Shown here: piece by piece, positions 23,198-32,468 of the stretch
How positions within the stretch are numbered: position 1 is the stretch's first letter
How the letters are laid out: every line of letters begins with the position of its first letter
Source: Vicugna vicugna
Lineage: Eukaryota
Direction: 5' to 3'
DNA length: 38,172 nucleotides
NCBI GenBank assembly: GCA_013265495.1
Contig: MU058228.1
Location: 186,001-224,172, forward strand
The notes under the pieces: model-generated
What the model saw: only the letters and a program-made list of their open reading frames with translations
The model's database searches: none
Told to the model about the DNA's origin: nothing
Program-made: the position numbers and the translations under genes

Positions 23198-23415
23198 CTG
23201 GGCGTGACGTTCTTGTTATGTTTGCCCTTCAAGCTCGGAACAAAGTTGTGTCTGCATAGTTTTGGAAATGGTACCCAGACGTACTTTCTACCTGAGTGTG
23301 TGTCTTTATTCAATGTGGCAGAAATTCTCATCTGCCTGGAAAACTTCCTGCATGTTTTTGGAACTACCCACTTCCTCTGTGCCTCCCCAGTGGCCCTCGG
23401 AAACACTCTGTTTCC

Positions 23416-23482
23416 ATTTATATCTCTCTATCTCTTTGGAATTCTGGGAATTAATCATCAGCTGGAGAAAATCCACTCGGTG
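23416..23482 (-). pseudogene. CYP3A: CYP3A copy A exon 9 (67 nt, donor lost)
   Basis: tttccag|CAC CGA GTG GAT TTT... gives HRVDFLQLMINSQNSKEIERYK. At the expected boundary the sequence is AAAT|GGAAAC rather than AAAG|GT. Confidence 0.9.
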
Positions 23483-24549
23483 CTGGAAACAAAGAGAAAT
23501 TTCAGTGACAGAGCGTTACTTGTGAAGACAGAAATGAATCAGGAGAGCAGTAAATCAGGAGAGCAGAATTTCACCTCTTTCCTGAGAAAATGCCCCCTTA
23601 AAGAGCAGGAGTCAGACTCGTATCACCTGAGTCCTCAGTCAACAAAAATACCCAGCTGCACATCTGGGCGGGTACGACGTTCTCCTAAGAGAAGCCCAGC
23701 CGTCAGGCCCGACGGCTTTTTGGCCCTCTCTCTGATCTGGGGCTTCTCTGGCCTTTGAAACAGCTTCTTAACCAAAGAGGTACCTGCTCTCTCTCCTGTT
23801 ACACCTGTGCGCAGGAGGTAGTCTGTGGCTTCAATCTTTTTTTCTCTCCCGTCCAGCTTTAATTCTTAACGAATGGTCACGTAATGAATCCCCTACATTT
23901 GCAGAGTTCATCGGCAGCTTTTGTAGAAGCTTGTTCAAGTGCCTCACCCTTCCAGAACTCTACATAATTTCCAGTGCCTTCCAGCACCCAGCCCTGCCCC
24001 TAATATCCTTGTTCTGGCCTCAAGTCCTCATGAGGCAAGGTTGGCTTAACGGCTTGCAGCCTCAGTGCCCAGACAAGACTCCGGCCCACTCCAGACTAGG
24101 AGACGGCTGCACATAGCCTACACTCCTCCAGGGGCCTCATGTGTGCAGCGGAAAATCTGTAAGACAGGAGGCCTGGATCTGAAGTGATTCTTTGCCAATC
24201 TAATATTTGGTGAAATATGAGTAAAATAATTTTTAGACAGTGATTTTTATCCGTTGACGATTTATCGAAGGTAAATGGCATAAAGTCTTAACCCAACAGT
24301 ATTTTTGCAGTGACATACTAACTGGCATGCCTATTATTAAATTTAAACACTGCTCTCTGACTCCTGTTCTTATCTTCTTCCCCAGACTCCACTGTATTTA
24401 TTTACCCCAAATTGTTAGGACCCTCCTGCTCTAAAATCCACAGTTCTCTACTTACCTTGAACAATGCAGAGAAGTACATAAATCATACGTATACAGCTCA
24501 ATAAATTACCCAAACGTGAACAGCCTCATATCACACCACCAGATTTTAC

Positions 24550-24628
24550 CGTTCGTTCATCTTTGAGGCGACTTTCTTTAATCCTTTTTAAAGACGTGAT
24601 GAAAAAATTCACGGCACTTTTCGGAAAC
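24550..24628 (-). pseudogene. CYP3A: CYP3A copy A exon 8, 3' part only
   Basis: FPKSAVNFFITSLKRIKESRLKDERT|gtaaaa. Homology stops at 24628, about 50 nt short of a normal ~128-nt exon 8. Confidence 0.88.
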
Positions 24629-24632
24629 TACT

Positions 24633-25003
24633 GGAAACCGAGGCCTAGGCTCCAAATTCAGCCCCAGTTACTGGGAGCACTGGCTGCTACCAATGAGAGG
24701 CTGCCCCATTCTCTGGAGAAGCTCCCTGGGCCAAACTAAAGCCACTGCACCTGGGAGCTTGCACCTCCTGGGGGATGGGACGGCCAGTCTATGAGTGACT
24801 GATGGGTTACAAATGCTGGCGCCTGCCTCAAACCAGGACCCCCTCTGTAGGACAGTGCTCCACAGAGACCACAGCGCCACTCACCTTTTCTTCCTGCCTT
24901 CCCCAGCTCCCCACACTCCCTTCTCCAGAGAGCACCCTCTCCGTAAACCATTTGTGCCTGAACCCCTGTCTCGGGCTTTGCTTTCAAGGAACCCAACCTA
25001 AGT
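24633..25003. mobile_element. Old MaLR LTR fragment (MLT1-like) abutting the truncated exon 8
   Basis: The minus strand begins CTTAGGTTGGGTTCCTTGAAAGCAAAGCCCGAGACAGGGGTTCAGGCACAAATGGTTTA, a typical old MLT1 terminus. Left boundary uncertain. Confidence 0.6.
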
Positions 25004-25399
25004 GAGCAGCAAAGCCTGAGCTAGTTTGTGCACAGTGACATTCAGCTGAGGGACATACAGTTGCTGAAATTCAGCTCAAACTCTGGGGCCAAGTTATGCA
25101 AAGGGGTAGCTTGTCCTCAATTGCCAAAAGCCACTGATTAGTGTAGACTCAGCCCTGGAAGGTGCTGGGATTTGAAACCCAGGACTCCAGCTTCAGAGCC
25201 CCTCACCTCTCAGTCACAGTGTGGTGCCGCCGCCTTATGTTAAAATAATACAAGGAAGACGAAGGCGAGAGACGGGAGAGCTGTGTGAGCCGAAAGGTAA
25301 CTTTTAGACCTGCTCCCACCCAATAGTTACGAACTTAATGAAGACTCTGTTGAAAGACTTATCTTCTGGATGCTTCTCACAGTAAATTGCCAGTCTGAG

Positions 25400-26950
25400 A
25401 TTTCATACCCCCTGTCTCACCCACAGACAGTAACATCACCTGCCTGACCACAGTACAAACTCAAAGTCAGGAATTTAACAGGCACATTACTATGATTTAC
25501 CCTCAGAGCCCCCAGTTCCCCACCTGTCCCCACCATGTCCTTATCGCAGAAGACCCAGCGCATGAGTTACCTTTAGATGTCACCTCTCCATAGTCTCCTT
25601 GAGTCTGGGACATTTTAAATCCACCTTTGGTTTTCATGACATTGACTCTTTCAAACACTTCAAGCCAGTCGCAGACACGGAGTAGAATAATCCTCAGTTT
25701 GGGTTCGCCTGACCCTTCCGGGTTTCCTTCAGGTTTGCCTCCTGGGCGGGAACATCGCACAGGTGAAGCGAGTTCGTCTCACTGCGTCCCATTAGGTAAC
25801 GTGCAGTCAGTTTCTCCCATCCCAGAATGCTCTCTCTGATCCCTTGATTAAAGCGCTGTCTGCCAGGTTTCTCCTCTCTAAAGCTACTCTTTCCCCTCTG
25901 TAATTAGTGGATTTTTTAAAAGTCTTTTGGGGGGTTTAATTAGGTTTATTTATTTATCTATTTTATTTTTTAATGGAGGTAACTGGGAATTGAACCCCGA
26001 ATTTCTTGCATGCTAAGCATGGCACTCTACCACTGAGATATACCCTGCCCCCTAGTAATTAGTGGATATTTTGAGCAGCACTAATCTGAAGCTATGTAAG
26101 TATCCTCATCAAATTGAAATTTATCAATTTTTATATATATATTTATATATATATCTGTATGTACTCATGTTTTCCTGTTTTCTTGAATGACTTACAATCT
26201 CGTATTATTCTTCTTTATTATTATTTATTGTGTTTAAATTGTCCTTGATTTGGTCAATGGAAGCCCCTCAGGCTGGCTTCTGTCCTTTGGATGCACCCCC
26301 TCAATGTTTAGCGTTTTCTTCCTTTCTAGCATGAGATGTTCCAGAGTCAGCATGTGCTTTCCCAGCCCTGGAGACAGCATTTCTCTAAGAAGCCCTGGTT
26401 CCTTTCAGTGGAAAATGATATTTATAAGCCAAGATTTGTGCACGAAGTGTACTTACTGCTATTAGAGTGTCACTGTTTCTAAAGCATGAGTTGAAATAAA
26501 TAGGTATTATGTGTATTTATATCTACGCACACACACACACACACACTCACACAGAAGCACCCATCTGTATCCATCCATCATCTGTCTGTCTATATCATCT
26601 ACCTATGTTATATGGAAAGAAATGGATTGACATTGATACATTCAGTTCCAGTCTCTGACTCCACGGGGTTTATTCTGGTTTCCTCCCTTTCTGAACCAGT
26701 AACTCCTTTCTCTGACAGTGAAAAACTTGGCTTCTATGATCCTTAATCTGGTTACCCACTTGATCAATCCCACTTTATGCAGCCAATTCCCTTTCTACCC
26801 AGGGATGCCCTCCTCACCGTACTTGGGATCGCCACATCCTATTTGGGCTCTGGGTGGTACTGCAGGCCGCCTGAGCGGGCTTTTGGGGTTCCCACACCCA
26901 TGCCAGCCTGCTGTCTGTGTGGACATTGTCCCCAGCCTATTCAGCCTCTG
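25400..26950 (-). mobile_element. L1MC4/5-like 3' region, antisense
   Basis: CTTTGGTTTTCATGACATTGAC...; TGTCCTTGATTTGGTCAATGGAAGCCCCTCAGGCTGGCTTCTGTCCTTTG; CATTTCTCTAAGAAGCCCTGGTTCCTTTCAGTGGAAAATG; GGATGCCCTCCTCACC. Confidence 0.7.
25913..26054 (-). mobile_element. Vic-1-like SINE with a perfect 13-bp TSD
   Basis: Minus strand GGGGCAGGGTATATCTCAGTGGTAGAGTGCCATGCTTAGCATGCAAG...GGTTCAATTCCCAG...AAATAAACCTAATT. TSD GTAATTAGTGGAT at 25900-25912 and 26055-26067. Confidence 0.9.
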
Positions 26951-27664
26951 ACTTGGAGCCACTGTTCCTTGCTTAACTGCCCCCACCCTGCAGTGTGATG
27001 TGAGGCTGCGGACCCTCTGTGACCCACCTGCTGGTTTAGGATTGGATTATCAAGGAAGGTGGGGCAAGGCAAGGGAGGGAAAGAGGAGGGCAGGGTCAGA
27101 AAAGGGAAAGGAAGAACCCTGTGTAGCTTCTGATACCAACTGAAAACGACCATTGCTTGTAGCCATTCTCCCCAGTCAATTGCCCAATCAACCAGCTTTT
27201 ATTTCATTTCAACTGGTTACCCACTTGATCAATCCCACTTTATGCAGCCAATTCCCTTTCTACCCAGGGATGCCCTCCTCACCGTACTTGGGATCGCCAC
27301 ATCCTATTTGGGCTCTGGGTGGTACTGCAGGCCGCCTGAGCGGGCTTTTGGGGTTCCCACACCCATGCCAGCCTGCTGTCTGTGTGGACATTGTCCCCAG
27401 CCTATTCAGCCTCTGACTTGGAGCCACTGTTCCTTGCTTAACTGCCCCCACCCTGCAGTGTGAGGCTGCCGACCCTCTGTGACCCACCTGCTGGTTTAGG
27501 ACTGGATTATCAAGGAAAGTGGGGCAAGGCAAGGGAGGGAGAGGAGGGCAGGGTCAGAAAAGGGAAAGGAAGAACCCTGTGTAGCTTCTGATACCAACTG
27601 AAAACGACCATTGCTTGTAGCCATTCTCCCCAGTCAATTGCCCAATCAACCAGCTTTTATTTCA
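26748..27664. repeat. Tandem duplication, two ~455-bp units
   Basis: Unit 1 26748-27206 (459 nt), spacer TTTCAA, unit 2 27213-27664 (452 nt). They differ by a 5-nt indel, a 2-nt indel and about three substitutions. Confidence 0.95.
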
Positions 27665-27945
27665 CATTCATTGTGTTAAGACAGCTGGAAGCTGGGGATG
27701 GAATACAAAGAGGTGTGAAGAAAATATGTGCTCCAAAACAGGTAGATTTAAACTATGAACATACTTTCTAAGCAGTGGATGAAGTCCCAGTGCTATGACT
27801 CTTACCTATTTAATATATCAAATTGGTTCCACCCACCAGTGATTGTGACGGTCAAAGCATTTAGTCACTGAGTCTCCCCGATTCAGAGGTGCGCGTTCCC
27901 CCTAATGTGAACAAAGGCAGCAGACAAGACTTCCGTAAAGAGATG

Positions 27946-27951
27946 TTTATT
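27946..27951 (-). terminator. Candidate proximal poly(A) signal of CYP3A copy B
   Basis: AATAAA on the minus strand, ~440 nt after the stop. Copy A has AGTAAA at the paralogous site (12926-12931). Confidence 0.5.
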
Positions 27952-28388
27952 GACCTGCTCAATAGAATATTTAATTCAGAATCTTCAAAAAAATCTGTGA
28001 TCTAAATGTCACTACTTCAGTCACCACTGCAATTCTTGTTTTCATTAAATTTTGTTGAAAAAACTGTTGAGAAATTTTGATTCTTGATCAGCGCTCCAGA
28101 GGAGTAGATGGCACGAACTGGGGGTGGGTGGAGATGGTCCTGTGAGAACTCGGGAAGCTGAGTCTACATATCTGGCCCTTCCTAGTCACCTCCTTCATGT
28201 GGCACAACATACAACACTCCCCGTAGACCCTGAAAAGGCTCAATGAATGTACAGAATCTGTGATCATCCAACAAGGCAGCGGGTGAGGCCCGTTTTCATT
28301 TCTGGGTTTTTTCACAAAGTCAGTCCAGGTCTCTGGTGCTCTGGGACGCGGCTTCCTTGCAGAACAACGCCCAGGTCCTTAGGGAAAG

Positions 28389-28484
28389 TCAGGCTTCATT
28401 TAAGGTTCCGTGTCTGGGCACAACTTGTAAAATGATGGGTTTTTTTGGGTGCATAAGGCCTTGAGTGCCTAATTCCAGGGGGAT
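28389..28484 (-). CDS. CYP3A: Cytochrome P450 3A (copy B), exon 13
   Basis: ttgcag|ATC... gives IPLELGTQGLMHPKKPIILQVVPRHGTLNEA*, 96 nt. Confidence 0.93.
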   Translation of the reverse strand: MPLELGTQGLMHPKKPIILQVVPRHGTLNEA

Positions 28485-28810
28485 CTGCAAGAGTTAAACA
28501 AGCACATGAGAACCAATCAATGAAGCATCACCAAGAAAAGAAGCAAAGTAGACAAGATACATTAGGGACAATGATGCTTTACAAACACATAAAAGCTAAC
28601 TTTCAGCAGCCTGTATCTTTGACTTTTTTAAACTACTAATTCAATGTGTTTAACAGATGAAAGGGCAGTCAGTCTATTTGTAGTTCCTTGATTGAATTAT
28701 AATAGTTTAGGTCTTTCAGAGAATTGTTCAATTTAACATAAACTATATGGGCATAAATGTGTTTCCCATATTCCTTTCTTATCCTAATAAGGGTAGAATT
28801 AAAAAAAAAA

Positions 28811-28953
28811 TTTTGACAGTGGTTTTTGGTGGGGGAAGGGAGGTAATTAGGTTTATTTATTTATTTTCTTTTTTTAAACAGAGTCACTAAGGACTGGCCC
28901 AGGGCCTTGCGCATGCTAAGCATACACCTGCCACTGAGCTGTGTCTCACCCCC
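28811..28953 (-). mobile_element. Vic-1-like SINE in intron 12 of copy B
   Basis: Minus strand GGGGTGAGACACAGCTCAGTGGCAGGTGTATGCTTAGCATGCGCAAGGCCCTGGG...AAATAAACCTAATTACCTCCC. Absent from copy A. Confidence 0.85.
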
Positions 28954-31052
28954 TTAATCCTCTTTGCTTTGACAAACAGAAATGTTAACTGTTGTCATCA
29001 CGTTTGCATTACAGCCCTAGGACTTACTTTAACTGGACGTTTGTACCTTTCGATCACATTCATTTTTTGATCCTTTATACTTATTCTATAAGCTGTGTTA
29101 AGACTGGATAGTGAGAACATTCATCCATCATTTATTCCAAAAACTGTCTATTGGACACTTACTCTATACCAGGTTTGATACAGAATCAGGTTGGCCTGTG
29201 TTCTTTATTGATTTAAATTTTAAGTAAAAATACTGAGTTTTAAAAACGTACCAGATTCTTAGACATTATGGCAAAATATCTTGAAAAAGGATATAGAGGT
29301 AATCTTTTGTGTGCTGGAATTCAAAAGGTAATCCTGTGCAGGTATGACGCAGGTTAACTGTATGGGCCATTCTCAGCTTCCAAAGAGCTCAGTTACTTCT
29401 CCCAGTAGAACCCATCCAGTTTCAGGATGGAGAGGTGTTTGTGAGGCATCATGCCTGTTTCTAAATATCTCCTGGCTCCCAAGTATAGTACAAATGGTGA
29501 ACTTCTGAAGACTTGCAGTGCTTTTATTTTTTCTGATACTTTTAGCTCCATTCTCACCCAGTCACTCCATCAGTGTTGGTGGAGCTTCCTTCCAATGTCA
29601 GTTGACAGAAGGGAAAGCAAACTGTCACGGAGGGGAGAAGCCCAGCCTGTGGATGACTGGGTGGAGCTTACAGGGAGTGTCTGCCCCCTCCCGGATGTGC
29701 CGGAGACCCCCTTTCTCTCGGGGCCAAGTCCCCTGTCTGTCCACCGTTACAGGACTGCCATAAGGATGCCCACAAGTAAAATGAGAACCATCTCCATCCC
29801 CTGCCTCCCTGAGAAAGGCTACTTAAGGGGGGGGGCTGCTTATTAAATGTATGAGTCCTAGAAATAAGCCTTATTATAGGGTCGAGCTTGCTGTGAATCA
29901 GTGGCAACTATTCCTTGTGCTCTCCGGGAAAGATTCCAGATCTTTCTGTAAATATAACATCTTGTATTTTAAAATTTCAAATGGCATGCATATATTTCCC
30001 CTGCAGACAAACAGACACACACAGAACAAGCACGTACATAGATGTCATTTGTTAAATCTTTTAAGTTCCAACAGTTTAACGTTTGTATCCAAGACCTGTA
30101 AATTAACTGCTCATCACTCCTTAAGCCTTTACCAGATGACTGGGAGGCACCATTAGGCATTTATGAAAGGAACACAATGAGGGGCTAGAGTTAAAGACGT
30201 TCTTAGGTGCAAAGGAAACACAGAAACCAAACTGGATGGTTCAATGATGAAGTATTAAGGTAGATGGTTGGACCCATGACGTCAGCCTGTGTAAACCAGT
30301 AACAGAATAGAGCAGGAAATGGGCTCAGGACTGTTTGGAGGAGGCTCTGTGGAGAGGCTTAGGGGTTGAACTAGAACTTGAAGGGGGAGGACAGAATGGT
30401 GGGGGGAGCGGGAAGGACACACATGGAGTTATTATTGGAATGCAAAGGGAGCCCAGCCCAATGGCAGCAGGACTCCCGGAAGGTGAGGGGGACCGTGGGA
30501 GTCTTCACATCTGGCAGAAATGCTTTCAATCAGGGATTCTCGCCTTGGCTGCACTGAGACGTTTTGAATGCCGCACTCTGGGGGAATTACATTAGAACGT
30601 CCGAGATGACCTAGGCACTAGGGTTTTTAACTCCCCCATGATTTCATTCTGCAAGCAGTGGCTGAGGACCGCTGCCAGGAGAGCTTCTGGAAGTCCTGGT
30701 GGAAAATCATGTTGTTGAAAAGGCACGACATGGTCATCACTGCACTCACGACTGTGCACACACTTCCCCTTCCTTCCTGCAGACTTGAAACCAAGTTTAA
30801 AATGTTGCTGAATTTCAGTGGACTGCGTATAATCAGGCCATGCCAACTGCACTGACTCTAGATGAACATTATAGTTGAGTCTCTATGAAGCCACAGACTT
30901 AGCCCTCCCGAGCTGATGGCAAATAGATTCTCAGCCGAAGAGAATACATTTTTCTTTGAATAGATCACATTCTTAGGCATAGAGACTGAACCCTCAGTTA
31001 AGAAAACAACCCGCAATGAAACATTGTGAATGCAGAAAGTGAACTGTCTGAC

Positions 31053-31215
31053 CTGTGTTTCTTTACAAGGTTTGAAGGAGAAGTTCTGCAGGACTTTGAC
31101 GAGAGCCAGTTTCATGCTCATCATAGCGAACCTCATGCCGATGCAGTTTCGGGGTCCAGTCCCAAAAGGCAGGTATGTGTAAGGATTTATGCTGTCCTGG
31201 TTCTTCTTGCTGAAC
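31053..31215 (-). CDS. CYP3A: Cytochrome P450 3A (copy B), exon 12, heme-binding
   Basis: 163 nt: (R)[54 protein letters not shown]. FxxGxRxCxG intact, AG/GT intact. Confidence 0.96.
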
Positions 31216-32468
31216 CTGGATCCACAACAGTAGATGAAACAGGTTAATGAGACATAAGAACCACAAGAGCTCCAGGTGTGGTTTTAACTTAAACCCTCAA
31301 CCAGTAGCATTAGGGATCCTTTTGTGGGAGAGTCATTCATCCTGCTGTGGTTACTTTGCTGTGAGAAAGGTCAGCTCCAGTTCCTTCCCATCCCCCCCAC
31401 CCTGTAAGAGCTCCCAGTCTTGCTGAGGAGATGAGATCAATGCTGTTTAACGAAAATTAATATTTAAACACTTAAACTACAGTCATGGAGGTGAGATGTT
31501 CACGCTCTGAAAGTCAAGCAGGAAATGAGACTGACTAACGGAAACGTGGGTTCCTGTCTCCATGGACACTTGTGTTGGCCACATGCTCCTCGAGGAAGGA
31601 AGGACGAGAAGTGTCTCTGAGAATTCAAATTGTTATTTTTCTTGTATTTCATATCCTACCTCCTCCCCTCCCCTTGTGTCACTGTCTGTCTCTCCGTCTT
31701 TCTCTTTCCCACACACAGAAGGTACTTAGGTCAGATTACACTACCCTAAGCACTGGTGTCCTTGTCTGTCTGTTGCATTAGCCTATAAATTCCTTAGTGG
31801 TTAAACTCAGTTTCATTCAAATTTGACTCCTCAGTATTTGAATATATTAAGGAAAAATGTGGATCTGGGGAAAGTGATATTGGCATCATGTTTACGTGTA
31901 TTTTAAAGAGGCCCTATTTACAAACATCCTGTAATATTTATAGACAATGTGACTTAAAATAATGTGGGGGCACAGAGAAGAGTAGCAGGAGCATGTGGAT
32001 GGGCAGCTGACACGGGCTGCTGCTGGCTAGGCAGGGAAGGGGCACATGTGCCACATCATCCTCCTGAGGGAGAAGGGAGCTGGCCCAGGTCTCCAGCCAC
32101 GGACAGCACCAGGGAACCTGTGGGCACCTCTGTCCTCAGTGAGGGTGCTTGAACCCCCAGGACCACTAGGTCCTCAGCCTGAACCCTCACATTAATGCTA
32201 GAGGAAATGACAGTCAATGTTTCATAAAATGGAAATGAGGGAAGGTTGGTGGTGAATTCGGAGAACTAAAGAGAACAGACAGAAAATCTTAAAGGAAATT
32301 AAAAAAGCCTGTAAACCTAAAATAAGATAGTACTTAGGTAAATTATGACATACACATGCAAAGACATATACATAGAATGTTATTTAGAGTTTACCATTAA
32401 ATCAAGTAATCAGTACAAAACCAAATTAGCTATAATGCCCTTCTAAGTGTGAAGAATCCATATATGCA

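Larger units (their letters stand above)
13374..24628 (-). pseudogene. CYP3A: CYP3A pseudogene (copy A): 3' half of exon 8 through exon 13
   Basis: Exons: 8 partial 24550-24628, 9 23416-23482, 10 21040-21200, 11 18399-18625, 12 16121-16284, 13 13374-13469. Exons 1-7 are not seen between it and copy B. Exon 9 donor reads GG and exon 12 has one extra base. Confidence 0.9.

Noticed and set aside
23204..23758. 184-aa plus-strand ORF
   Set aside because: Non-ATG start, antisense to exon 9, and no recognisable domain.
26718..27463. Repeated 73-87 aa ORFs
   Set aside because: By-products of the tandem duplication of L1-derived and 3'-flank sequence.
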